From the sequence record MN642089.1: 64,000 nt of DNA, one strand, 5' to 3'. Source of the DNA: Klebsiella phage N1M2. The notes beneath the pieces are model-generated. The model saw only the letters and a list, made by a program, of their open reading frames with translations, did no database searches and was not told the origin of the DNA. Below are positions 47,558 to 57,567 of the stretch, piece after piece. How positions within the stretch are numbered: the first letter of the stretch is position 1; each line of letters opens with the position of its first letter. A program made the position numbers and the translations under genes.

Positions 47558-49096
47558 TTAGATGTCGTCAAAGTCTGAGCCACCGCCCATTGCTTCACTT
47601 CTGTGTGCTAATGATTTACGATAAATCTTTTTATCAAAGTTAATATCATGAACAAGACCATTAACAGGGTCTAATGGATAGATACCGAAACGACTACTTT
47701 CTTGAGCACCTTCACCACGCATCTTACCAACGTAATAAGTAAACCAACATTCGTTGTTTTGAAGTTTAGCTACATGCAGACCGATTACACAGTCGACTTC
47801 GTTAGTAAGTTTAGTACAACCTTCAGTCATTGACTTACCGCCAACATCACGGATGAAGTAAATCTCTGAATCATCATCTTGTTCACGGATGAATTTCTTA
47901 GCATCCGGGTTAAGCTGGTGAGGAGTAAGGAAAGCTGCACCACGAGAGGTAAAGAAGTTACGAGCACGGTTATACAGGTTCTGTAGTTTATCAGAACGTG
48001 ATTCACCTTGACAGCCAGTTAAGTCTGCCATTGCCAGATAGTCATATGCACCAACAATGATTTCATGACCTTTCAGTTCTAATGTGCGAACACGTTGCAT
48101 GATCTCATGGATATTATCGTGAGATGGGTTAACGCGATAGAATTTGAAAGACCAACCATTCTCATCAAAGGTATCGATAATTGTAGATACAACTTCATCT
48201 GTAGTTGCTTCGAAGAAGTTAGGCTTAGTACCAGTCTTAGCAGTAACGAACAATTCGTACATACGTTTAAAGATCAGACCTAAGCTATCCTCAGCAGACA
48301 TTAATACAACAGTTGGAATCTTGGACTTATTACGAAGAACCGGTTTGTTGTATAACGGAACAGATGCGATGAGGTGTGCAAGACCAAATGACTTACCGCG
48401 GTTAGTCAGTGCTTCGATCATGTACATCAAGCCACGACGTAGACCGCAGTCAGGATATAAAGCTTCGTTAAGACCAGCTAAGCCAGTTTTGATAATACCT
48501 TCTGGAGAAGTCTCAACTTTAAGTTGATCAATAACTGTCTTGATGCCATCAGGGTTATCAGAACCAGTAGCTTCAACAACAGCCTTATCGAATGTATTAT
48601 CATTCAGGTCAGCAATCTTTTCATTAATCAGTTCGTTGATCTTCATCCAATCATCTTTGGAGAGATCATCTTCACCTTCAAACAAGAATGGACGAACCAT
48701 ACTTTTGAATTGGAACGCGAACTTGTTACTTGTTGCTACATCACGCAGCTCTTTAATAATTTGGAAGATTAGCTGTCGCGAGTCTTCATTACCCAAATCT
48801 GATTTAAAAGCGTCTGTGAGTAGTTTCTCAAGTTCAGGAGAAAGGAGAATAATCTCAGTTAACTTAGGGGTCAACAGTGATGTTATGATATTAGAGTCAT
48901 TCGGTTGCTCTCTAAACCACCCCAGTAATTTGCGGAGCAGAGCTTCTGTTTTCTTGTCTTGTTGAACTAGACTTTCTTTACTCTTAGGAACGTCCTCAGA
49001 TAACAAAAGGATTTCATCCATTAAATCTTTGTCATCTAAACGCCAAGCTTGGAACATTGCTTGTGCAAGTTTGACGAGACGAATCAGGTTGTTCAT
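47558..49096 (-). CDS. DnaB-family replicative DNA helicase (T4 gp41-like)
   Basis: Walker A ALTNRGKS (A-x4-GKS) in a GLAGLNEALYPDCGLRRGLMYMIEA context typical of DnaB; Walker B-like IIVGAYDYLAMADL; H4-like HQLNP (cf. SQLNR); ~200-aa N-terminal domain. Confidence 0.6.
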   Translation of the reverse strand: MNNLIRLVKLAQAMFQAWRLDDKDLMDEILLLSEDVPKSKESLVQQDKKTEALLRKLLGWFREQPNDSNIITSLLTPKLTEIILLSPELEKLLTDAFKSDLGNEDSRQLIFQIIKELRDVATSNKFAFQFKSMVRPFLFEGEDDLSKDDWMKINELINEKIADLNDNTFDKAVVEATGSDNPDGIKTVIDQLKVETSPEGIIKTGLAGLNEALYPDCGLRRGLMYMIEALTNRGKSFGLAHLIASVPLYNKPVLRNKSKIPTVVLMSAEDSLGLIFKRMYELFVTAKTGTKPNFFEATTDEVVSTIIDTFDENGWSFKFYRVNPSHDNIHEIMQRVRTLELKGHEIIVGAYDYLAMADLTGCQGESRSDKLQNLYNRARNFFTSRGAAFLTPHQLNPDAKKFIREQDDDSEIYFIRDVGGKSMTEGCTKLTNEVDCVIGLHVAKLQNNECWFTYYVGKMRGEGAQESSRFGIYPLDPVNGLVHDINFDKKIYRKSLAHRSEAMGGGSDFDDI

Positions 49097-49133
49097 TTAT
49101 TGCTCCTAGGTATAAAACTTTAAAGGTAAGGTT

Positions 49134-49685
49134 ATGATCTTTAAATCCGGTCAAAGTGACATCGAGGTGTACTTCCTACAAGAACATCACCTTGAACTGT
49201 TGAATTCTTTAGGTCTTGAATTATCACAGTTGCCACTACTTCCTAAGTTCCCAGAGGTCTCAGATGAAGACTGCCTGGAATGGCTTAAGTTCCAACGTGG
49301 TGTAGAAAAACAATTATGTGGTTTCAAGAGTACAACTTATGATTATGCCAGTGATATTACAATCGGTGACATTAATCGTAAAGGCGTGGTATATAAAACA
49401 AAATATGATGAAGTAATTAATTCAGACTCTCGTATTAATTTAGGTCATCAGTTCTATTACCATATCTTTAACGGGAAGTTGTTTATTCTAAACAGTAATA
49501 ATACTGTGAATAGCAACTGGTTTACGAATGTGCAGGGGAACCTGGCCAGTTCTCTTTATCAGGCACTGCTGTCTTCCTTTAGTATCTTTGAATTGTACTT
49601 CCGTCCAACCAAAGATTTAAAAGAAACAGTAAGCCAAAGAAATTACATTGACTTAGGTTATTTGATTTCTAAAGTAATCAGCTAA
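49134..49685 (+). CDS. hypothetical protein (183 aa), AT-rich
   Basis: ORF diverging from the helicase gene, with start codons 37 nt apart; AAGGTAAGG RBS. Confidence 0.5.
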   Translation: MIFKSGQSDIEVYFLQEHHLELLNSLGLELSQLPLLPKFPEVSDEDCLEWLKFQRGVEKQLCGFKSTTYDYASDITIGDINRKGVVYKTKYDEVINSDSRINLGHQFYYHIFNGKLFILNSNNTVNSNWFTNVQGNLASSLYQALLSSFSIFELYFRPTKDLKETVSQRNYIDLGYLISKVIS

Positions 49686-49750
49686 TACTTTGTGGAACAG
49701 TTGATATCAAGCGCTTATCTATCTTATGCGTAAAAATATTAACTACCGCG

Positions 49751-49766
49751 AACAAATATATTTGTT
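49751..49766. promoter_or_regulatory. 16-bp perfect palindrome AACAAATATATTTGTT upstream of the putative major capsid gene
   Basis: Seen directly ~35 nt upstream of the ATG at 49802. Confidence 0.4.
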
Positions 49767-49801
49767 TTCAAAAAGACTTTTTGTAAAAAGGTATTTTAAC
49801 T

Positions 49802-51979
49802 ATGTCTCAAGAACAATCCAAGAACTTCCATTTCATCACCTCTAAATCTGGTGCTGATCTTAAAGCGATGATCAACGGTTTTGCAACCAACCCATCTGTA
49901 CACACTGGTAAAGATCTGGGCCTGGAAAGCATCGTTGGTAAAGAGTCCATGTCTCCGACTCTGCGTAACTTTGAAAAAGGTATGGGCTTCAACCAGCGTA
50001 ATGCTGTTAGCTCTGCTATCAGCGGTATTGCTAACTTCAACCAGCGCGCTCAACAGCTGCAGGACATGATCAAACACGGTGGTATGGAATCTTTCTCCAT
50101 GCAGCTGGATCAAGGTGCTGTTGCTCGTCAGAAAGCTGCTACCATCGACCTGAACGCCCGTTCTAACCGTCAGTGGGCTGCTGCTGAAGCTCTGTTCCCG
50201 ACCCTGGTTGTTCCTTACGATCAAGAAGCTCTGGTTCTGCCAATCGACATCGCTGGTGTTGGTGCATATAACAGCTCCGGTAACGCTAACGAAGCTTGGG
50301 AAGATCTACGTCCGATCGCTTCCGTTCTGGCTGACTCCACCTTCAACGCTGGTGACGACCTGAAACTGGTTCCGGTTCTGCCTGCTAACCCTGCTGATGC
50401 AAACACCGCTATGTTTGTTCCTTCAGCTGATTGGGCTCCGTGGGATGCTACTTATGACACTAACGACCTGCTGGGCCGTGAAACTCATAAAACCAACTAC
50501 CTGGCTATTCGCAAAATCAACAACCTGCTGAGCCTGTGCCGTGCTCCTGGTGCTGCTCCGTTCGAGCAGAACGATGAAATCGAAGCTTCTTCGATCCGTC
50601 TGCAGTCCCTGCTGTTCAAAGTTAAAACCAAAGATGGTGAAGGCTTTGTAACTCTGGACACCGAAAACATGGCTGGTGTTGCAGCTCGTCCTTCTACCGG
50701 TGTTACTTCCGATGAAAAACGTCAGATCAACTTCGTTCTGAACGGCATCAACGTAACCAACCTGAAAGACAAAGATGGTAAAGCTACCGAACTGTTCAAG
50801 TCTCTGACCGACGCTGGTCTGAAAGTATTCCTGAGCTTCGAACTGAGCGCTACCTATAGCCGTTCTACCCGTAGCTGGTCTCCGACTGTTTCTCCTGTTG
50901 CTATCGCTTACGTGATCAACAAAGACGGCGACAAACTGGTCCCAGGTACTCCAGGTATGCCAGAAGACATCACCAACCTGATCACTGCTCAGGCACTGGA
51001 AGCTTCTATCCACGGTATCCTGCTGAAACTGAACCATGCTAACACCAACCGTAGCCGTTACGGTACTACTGTTGTTTACGCTAACACCGTTAAGTCTTAC
51101 AACATCAACCGTCGCCAGCCGATCTCCGTTAAGTATCCGATGCTGAACGAAGATAACAACGCTGACGTTCTGGCAATGCTGGTTCAGCAGATGGACGTAA
51201 TGGTTACCCGTAACATGTCTCACGATGCATTTAAAGCGGCTAACATCCACTTTAACTACGTCTACGACAACAACGGTATGAAGATCGTTAACATCAACGA
51301 CGATTCCTCTTCTGTCCTGCCTGGTCAGCACTTCCTGGGTACCACTGGTATCGAAGCGAAACTGAACCTGGTTAAAGAAGTATCTACTCTGGATAGCAAA
51401 GATACTCGTGATAACATCGAAGCAACTCTGGTCAACAAGATCTATGACGTGATCACTGCGCTGCGTGTTAACTCTAACATCTCTGCTCTGAAAGAACTGG
51501 ATAACCGTCCTGAGTCTTACACCATCGTAGCTCACGCTGCTCTGGCTCCGTTCCTGATGACCACCGGTGACTACCGTACCTTCGGTGAAAATGTTAAGTT
51601 CAACATCGTTGAAACTAACATCAGCTCTGAAGTAGGTCGTATGTGGATCGTTCCGACTTCCATGACCAAAGAAGGTTCTGTTGATATCTTCGGTGGTATG
51701 GGCGTCTGTGTAGCTAAAGAACTGCTGGTAATCGAAGGTTCTGTAAACCAGGCCGATCGTCAATACCGCATGATCATCACTCAGCCTGCATACCAGCACC
51801 ACCCGCTGTGCCCAGTTGTTGGCCGTGTGACCATCGAAGACATCCAGGATCTGCTGGGTGACGAAGGTCTGATCACCAAGGTGAACAAACACCTGGCTGA
51901 AATCAGCGGCAAGATTGCTGTTGACAACGGTACTACTGGTACTGGTAAAGAAGTTGCTATCGAAATCCCTAAAGGTTAA
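49802..51979 (+). CDS. very highly expressed 725-aa virion protein, probably the major capsid protein (tail sheath not excluded)
   Basis: Strongest codon bias in the window; size matches jumbo-phage major capsid proteins; the antisense 489-aa ORF is compositionally nonsense; strong UUCG-loop terminator follows. Confidence 0.65.
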   Translation: MSQEQSKNFHFITSKSGADLKAMINGFATNPSVHTGKDLGLESIVGKESMSPTLRNFEKGMGFNQRNAVSSAISGIANFNQRAQQLQDMIKHGGMESFSMQLDQGAVARQKAATIDLNARSNRQWAAAEALFPTLVVPYDQEALVLPIDIAGVGAYNSSGNANEAWEDLRPIASVLADSTFNAGDDLKLVPVLPANPADANTAMFVPSADWAPWDATYDTNDLLGRETHKTNYLAIRKINNLLSLCRAPGAAPFEQNDEIEASSIRLQSLLFKVKTKDGEGFVTLDTENMAGVAARPSTGVTSDEKRQINFVLNGINVTNLKDKDGKATELFKSLTDAGLKVFLSFELSATYSRSTRSWSPTVSPVAIAYVINKDGDKLVPGTPGMPEDITNLITAQALEASIHGILLKLNHANTNRSRYGTTVVYANTVKSYNINRRQPISVKYPMLNEDNNADVLAMLVQQMDVMVTRNMSHDAFKAANIHFNYVYDNNGMKIVNINDDSSSVLPGQHFLGTTGIEAKLNLVKEVSTLDSKDTRDNIEATLVNKIYDVITALRVNSNISALKELDNRPESYTIVAHAALAPFLMTTGDYRTFGENVKFNIVETNISSEVGRMWIVPTSMTKEGSVDIFGGMGVCVAKELLVIEGSVNQADRQYRMIITQPAYQHHPLCPVVGRVTIEDIQDLLGDEGLITKVNKHLAEISGKIAVDNGTTGTGKEVAIEIPKG

Positions 51980-52014
51980 TATAGCGACCGAACAAAAATA
52001 AGTGATTACGCTTT

Positions 52015-52046
52015 CCTCCTACCTCACCTTCGGGTGGGGTAGGGGG
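52015..52046 (+). terminator. rho-independent terminator CCTCCTACCTCACC-UUCG-GGTGGGGTAGGGGG + T5
   Basis: 14-bp stem, UUCG loop, TTTTTGTTG; follows the putative major capsid gene. Confidence 0.65.
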
Positions 52047-52109
52047 TTTTTGTTGTCTATTGAAAATAACTTCTAAAAATGTTTAGGCAGATATTATCTA
52101 CTTGTAAAC
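52047..52109 (+). promoter_or_regulatory. bipartite conserved intergenic element TTGTCTATTGA ... GGCAGATATTATCTACTTGTAAAC
   Basis: Second copy; lies between the capsid-gene terminator and the GTG-start gene. Confidence 0.5.
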
Positions 52110-52141
52110 GTATGATCGTTTATAAACAAGAGGATATATAA

Positions 52142-53230
52142 GTGGCTAGAGTTAGTGGTGATAATTGGCATCACGGCTGGGACACTCCATATGTCGAAGG
52201 TATTGAATATTTCAACTATACTGACTTTGATATCACTGTGACTGATAAGTTAGGTGTAGAGTGTGAGATATTGCGATCTGACGAACGCCCTGCAAGGTTA
52301 GAAGACCGAGGTAAGGTGATTGTTAGGATTACTCGCTTAATCGATCCTAGACGTGTTAGAGTCCCAAGTACTGATGCACAACTTGCAGCCGATAGAATGT
52401 ATCTTGAATCTTTCAAGGAAGCTGTCGAGAATGCAAGTAAAAATAGGATAGGGATTTATGAATCTGAACATAATCAGATCAGAGTTACGTGTCAAGCAGA
52501 AATTCGGTTAGACTTCTATCTTCAGAATACCGTTGTTAAATCCAACCTGTTGGGGATTACTGTCCGTGCAACGAATAATGTCGTTGATAAATCGCACGGT
52601 AACACACCAGAAGGATATATCAATGATGTCATTCTGAATGAATTAAAGGATGCCGATGAACAAGCGGATGAAGGGCAGGATAAAGGTATCCGAACTTTAT
52701 TCTCCGCTAGATTAATTGATAACCATAATCGGGTCGGTACTTTATGGACCACAGGGTTCGGTGAAGTGACCAGGATTATCCCAGTAAAAGATGAGGAGCA
52801 AGCAGAAGGGCTATATTTAGCCGGTGGATTAGGATTACAACATAAAGAATTTATTCCAATTGAAGAACTCATTCAACCCAAAAGAATGCTGGGACTGAAT
52901 GTTCATCGTACTGAAATAGATGCCAGGAAATTTGGCTTAGGAGAATATACCATTTCGGTTATGACCGAACGAGATAAAATTAGAAAAGAATGTAAAGATC
53001 TACGTACTGAAAACAAGAAGCTTGCTAGTAAAGTGGATGACTTGGAAAACAAGATCAGTATCGAAAAGATCAATAAGGCCCATGGTGATTTTAAACACAC
53101 AGTCTCTATGGAATATATAAAAGAAAACAACGTTAATAATGCTTTAGGTGGATTTTCGAGGTTAGTTTCTCTCGTCGTGTCCAACATTAAAACATTTATA
53201 AGCCTTGCTTCTATACTAAGAGCGATGTAA
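52142..53230 (+). CDS. hypothetical protein (362 aa), GTG start
   Basis: GTG preceded by AAGAGGA at 7-nt spacing; no in-frame ATG until ~residue 85; preceded by the CAGATATTAT element. Confidence 0.5.
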   Translation: MARVSGDNWHHGWDTPYVEGIEYFNYTDFDITVTDKLGVECEILRSDERPARLEDRGKVIVRITRLIDPRRVRVPSTDAQLAADRMYLESFKEAVENASKNRIGIYESEHNQIRVTCQAEIRLDFYLQNTVVKSNLLGITVRATNNVVDKSHGNTPEGYINDVILNELKDADEQADEGQDKGIRTLFSARLIDNHNRVGTLWTTGFGEVTRIIPVKDEEQAEGLYLAGGLGLQHKEFIPIEELIQPKRMLGLNVHRTEIDARKFGLGEYTISVMTERDKIRKECKDLRTENKKLASKVDDLENKISIEKINKAHGDFKHTVSMEYIKENNVNNALGGFSRLVSLVVSNIKTFISLASILRAM

Positions 53231-53242
53231 CTAGGAGTTAAA

Positions 53243-54937
53243 ATGGATCCACAATTTCTGAAGAAAGTGAGAAAGCAACGCGGAGGCTTTACTCAAGCTT
53301 TAGTTGATGGGTGGCATAAAAAGGACATGGACAGGATTGTTCCACACCTGACCAAGTGCTTTGAAAATATGTTCAGGTCTCTACAGGAAAAGGGCTATTA
53401 TTTCGATGGGATTGAGGAAGTGTGTCCTCTTGAGTTCTATAACTCGATCACTCGTTCTAGTAGTAGTGGGACCAAGGATTTTGAAATCGCCAAGAACAGT
53501 TTCTTTGGAGTTCGTATCAAGAACCATTTCAAAGATCCTGTAACTGGTATTGAATCAGAATTAAAATGCCCTCTGATGTTCTTACCTTATACCAATATCT
53601 ACGGTGACATCTATACACGTAACTCCACATATTCCATGCAATATGTGTTGTCTGAACGTGGTCCTTCTGTTGATGGTGGTCGTGACAAAACCATTTTCAT
53701 CAGGGTGTTGGGTTATAAGTTTAAAGTAACTAAAGAGATCCACACATTTAACCGTGTATTCCGCAGTGGAAACAAAGTTAATACTGGTGCGATCAATATG
53801 ACGCTTCCAGCTAACCGTTTCTATAACTCCAAAAATGATCGCAAGATCACCAGTAAGAAAGTTCCAATTCCATTACTGGCCTGGTACGTGTTTGGTAAAT
53901 ATGGATTCACACACTGCATGAAACAATTTGCAGAATGTGATTACATGATCGACACCTTAGACACTCTGCTCGATATTTGTCCAGAGTCTGATGGTTGGCA
54001 GATCTATTCCAACACAGGTTGCATTCATCCAAAAGCATTCGATCGCCCTAAAGGCGCTCCGCTGTTAGATGAACCAGCAATTGCGATTAAGAGCATTAAC
54101 AAAGGTGGTGAAATCTCCAACCTTGCACTGCAATATACCGCAGGGCTGTTGTTCATGTTTGGTGTCTTCAGTCACGAATTAGATATTCGTCGTCTGGATG
54201 ATATTAACTATTGGCGTCTGATCATTGGCAGGTGTTCTATTCGCCTACCAGCTAAAACTCTACCTGATGTTTATCTGCGTCAGATGAACGAGCACTTCAG
54301 CTCTGTAGAGGAATATGCTGATGACATCACCATCGACAAGTATAATAAGTTTGACATTGAAGTTCGTGACACTTATGAGTTACTGAACTATCTCATGATG
54401 AACTATTCTAACTTGATCAAACTGTATGACCCTGCGAACATGCTTCATAAAGAAGTAGCCTCTATGGAATTCATCGTCGACTTCCTGATTCACCAGGCGA
54501 ACGACTTTAAGTTCATGATTCGTAATAAAAGTAATATCACGCCGAAGATTATCAACCGAGAACTAGACGCTCACTTCCGTCTGTTTAATGCTGATAAATC
54601 CGTACGCGAAAATAACACCATACTCGAACAGACTGGTACCGATAATCCATTCATCGACTATGGACTGGGAATTATCCTTCAAACCAAATCCACCGTTAAC
54701 CGCGGTCCTGGTAAGAAGAAGGAAGAATTTGATCCCAACCATCCCGGTAGTATCATCCACGCATCTCAGCCTTTTGTTGTGTCTTATCAGTTCTCTACTA
54801 AACCTAACCCAGATGCTCGTGGTTTCTTCCAACCGCGTGTTCACTTGGATCAGGATAAGTATACTGGTTTAAGACCTGAAGACAGGGCGTTGTATGAAGC
54901 TACTGAACACAGACTTAAGTTTAGAGAAGGTAAATAA
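53243..54937 (+). CDS. hypothetical protein (564 aa)
   Basis: ORF with an AGGAG RBS. Confidence 0.6.
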   Translation: MDPQFLKKVRKQRGGFTQALVDGWHKKDMDRIVPHLTKCFENMFRSLQEKGYYFDGIEEVCPLEFYNSITRSSSSGTKDFEIAKNSFFGVRIKNHFKDPVTGIESELKCPLMFLPYTNIYGDIYTRNSTYSMQYVLSERGPSVDGGRDKTIFIRVLGYKFKVTKEIHTFNRVFRSGNKVNTGAINMTLPANRFYNSKNDRKITSKKVPIPLLAWYVFGKYGFTHCMKQFAECDYMIDTLDTLLDICPESDGWQIYSNTGCIHPKAFDRPKGAPLLDEPAIAIKSINKGGEISNLALQYTAGLLFMFGVFSHELDIRRLDDINYWRLIIGRCSIRLPAKTLPDVYLRQMNEHFSSVEEYADDITIDKYNKFDIEVRDTYELLNYLMMNYSNLIKLYDPANMLHKEVASMEFIVDFLIHQANDFKFMIRNKSNITPKIINRELDAHFRLFNADKSVRENNTILEQTGTDNPFIDYGLGIILQTKSTVNRGPGKKKEEFDPNHPGSIIHASQPFVVSYQFSTKPNPDARGFFQPRVHLDQDKYTGLRPEDRALYEATEHRLKFREGK

Positions 54938-54940
54938 GAA

Positions 54941-57352
54941 ATGACTATGAACAATGGCCCACAAGTATTAACTGGTCGTAACCCTCAGACTCAAACCCTG
55001 ATGGGTAATCAACAAAATGGTAACCTGGGTGGGCAGCCCCAGCAACCACAAATACAGCAAAACAATAACCCACTTGCTCAGCTGGCAGGTTTCTCTGCTA
55101 AGATCGCAGGTCAGGTTAATAACCCTAATAGTCAGACAAGTTTGTATTCCACTGTAACTTCCCGTAACAACTATGCACATCTGTTGTGTCTGGAAGATAA
55201 CGCAGCCGAAGAACAAATGAAAGCGCAAGCATTGGCAGATGCTGGCAACCTGGCTACTAACATCTTTAATATCTGTGCACGTCGTATTGTTCAGAACCCG
55301 TTCTATCGTGTTCACTGTGCGGCTAAGGAACGTTTCAAGTCCCCACGTAAAAATCTTCCACCTGATCAAACTCTGAGTGCGTTTATCGACGAGATCGATA
55401 GTAACCAGATTCTGTATCAATTCATCCTGGCAAACGTCTCCATTATGTTCACCGCAGAATTTGCAAACGCAATCATGCGTGGTGATGAGCGTGTGCGTAC
55501 CGATCGTGCTGTTGTAGATGATATGTATTATCGTTGTACTATCGATGCAATCTACATGCAGTATTTCGATTTCCTGGCGCAGCATCCAGATGGTTCCCAG
55601 ATTTATTATAACGCAGCTCCAGTTGTTAAGGAAGTGTTGAATGATCTTGAACCAAAACTGTATGACATGGTCCTGAGCAAGTTTACTTTTGTAAACGTTC
55701 AATGTCCATGGCGTAAAGGTCGTCTGGGTGAATTGCAACAGCGCTCTACTCAGTCTAATCCATTGTTGGATAATTCCAATATCATGGATATGGGTTTTGC
55801 TGGGACTTATTATGATCCTAACTATAATCCAAACATGGCTGGACTGGCAGGTCAGACTAATGATGCTGGTCTGCGGGAGCTTCAGGAATATGTCCGTCAG
55901 AAAGCTGCAGGTTATACTCCTAAGCCACAACAGCCGACAGAGGAAAACCGTATCCTGCAAACTACTTATGGCGGGTATGATCAGCCAGAACTGAAACTGG
56001 AAGATATGACTCGTGAGAACCGCCTGCGTTATTCGCTGGATAAATGGGGTTCTCAGATTCCTGGTACTGAGTGGTGGGTGATGCGTGAGAAGGACGTGGT
56101 TCACTTTGCTCGTGTTATGGATATGGATGATGGCATTCCATTCCGTGTTCGTGATACACGTTGTGTAGGAACTGTTCCTGTATATCGTTTCAACTGGCAG
56201 AACGGTACATTTAACTTCCGTCTTGTTAAACATAAACTACAGGCATTTGATATCATGGGAACTTTGATCAGTAATCCTGATAAACTGTTACCGTACATGT
56301 ATGAAGAAGATGGTGTTCAGAAAACTACTTTCGATCCAACCATTCTGGAAACTAGCAAGTTCGTAAATGAAGGACATGTTATCCCAGTTGGTGAAATGAA
56401 AGAGCTGGAGAAAGAACCTGATATTCTGATCGGCAACAAACCGATGAAAGCTAATCAGGGAAATGAACACATCCTGAATCGCATGGACGTTATTACTCAA
56501 ACTTATGATCCAAAGAACAAACTGGACGCATTTGTAATGCCGATGGTTATTACTCGTGAATGGCAGATGGATTCCCATGTTAATATGGATCGTTTCTATT
56601 CCCAGTTCCGTGTAATGGTTCAAGGTAATACTGCTGGTATGGATGATACCATCCAGGTACTGCGCAGCATTCGTGCAGCATATAACGAATGTGAAGACCA
56701 AGAATTTAAAGATTTCATTAAACCATATATCACCAACCTGGTTAACCGTTATCTGATCGAAGTTCGTGGTTATGCAGAAACCAAACAAGAATCTATCGAT
56801 TCTGGTGTGATCTGTTATCTGAAGTCTTCCGACATCTTTGAAGATCTGGAAGATTGGATTGAATGTCTGAAAAACGACGACCTTCCTACTCTGCGTGCTT
56901 TTGCTGACTATCGTTTCAATACTTTCATGCGCATGGGTATTGAAGTTCTGTGTGGACCAGAACAAGTAAAAGAAGAGTATCAAGAAAAATATGGTAAAGA
57001 CGATGATGAGATCTTTGTGGCTGCAATGCTGAAGTCTGCAGAGAAAGCAGTAATCATCAAACGTAACACCGTGTTCTTCAATCTCCGTAAACAACCAGCC
57101 CCACATACCGTAGAAGCAATTACCATTAAAGAGTCAGTAAACCCAGAACTGTTTGCAATTATCCGTGAAGCTACTCGTATCACAGCGAAACACTTCAAAG
57201 ATACTCCGCAAATCCTGGTACGCTTTGAAACCGATTCCGGTAACAAAGTCTTTACTGTAACTCCAAGTGGTTTCGATCCAGAATCCGTAGTGACCTTACG
57301 CCCTGTTGATGCAGGACAAACGTATTGCCACCCATATCCGATTGTGGACTAA
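54941..57352 (+). CDS. hypothetical protein with a Gln/Asn-rich N-terminal region (803 aa)
   Basis: Long ORF; the antisense ORFs 54968..56233 and 56288..57106 have Ile/Phe/Cys-rich nonsense composition. Confidence 0.65.
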   Translation: MTMNNGPQVLTGRNPQTQTLMGNQQNGNLGGQPQQPQIQQNNNPLAQLAGFSAKIAGQVNNPNSQTSLYSTVTSRNNYAHLLCLEDNAAEEQMKAQALADAGNLATNIFNICARRIVQNPFYRVHCAAKERFKSPRKNLPPDQTLSAFIDEIDSNQILYQFILANVSIMFTAEFANAIMRGDERVRTDRAVVDDMYYRCTIDAIYMQYFDFLAQHPDGSQIYYNAAPVVKEVLNDLEPKLYDMVLSKFTFVNVQCPWRKGRLGELQQRSTQSNPLLDNSNIMDMGFAGTYYDPNYNPNMAGLAGQTNDAGLRELQEYVRQKAAGYTPKPQQPTEENRILQTTYGGYDQPELKLEDMTRENRLRYSLDKWGSQIPGTEWWVMREKDVVHFARVMDMDDGIPFRVRDTRCVGTVPVYRFNWQNGTFNFRLVKHKLQAFDIMGTLISNPDKLLPYMYEEDGVQKTTFDPTILETSKFVNEGHVIPVGEMKELEKEPDILIGNKPMKANQGNEHILNRMDVITQTYDPKNKLDAFVMPMVITREWQMDSHVNMDRFYSQFRVMVQGNTAGMDDTIQVLRSIRAAYNECEDQEFKDFIKPYITNLVNRYLIEVRGYAETKQESIDSGVICYLKSSDIFEDLEDWIECLKNDDLPTLRAFADYRFNTFMRMGIEVLCGPEQVKEEYQEKYGKDDDEIFVAAMLKSAEKAVIIKRNTVFFNLRKQPAPHTVEAITIKESVNPELFAIIREATRITAKHFKDTPQILVRFETDSGNKVFTVTPSGFDPESVVTLRPVDAGQTYCHPYPIVD

Positions 57353-57567
57353 TTGATTTAAAGGTGAACTGTAGAAAAATTAACTAAGTTAATTCATGAA
57401 TTAAAATAGCTATAGATTGGAGAACTGGGCGGAGGCTCGGTTCTCCTTTCTGCCTTCTGTATCGTCCTGTAGAGACTTTAGTTATAAAGACCGATAAGTA
57501 TTAGCCTTTATAGATAAAGCTTCTCAGAAGCTCTTACATAACCGTTAAACATATATAGGAAATAGCA

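Noticed and set aside
50423-51892. 489-aa minus-strand ORF antisense to the putative capsid gene (and similarly 37368..38555, 54968..56233, 56288..57106, 1379..2182, 2571..3356)
   Set aside because: These are antisense shadow ORFs of strongly biased genes. Their translations are Ser/Phe/Cys/Val-rich nonsense with unrealistic composition, while the sense strands have the RBSs, terminators and codon bias.
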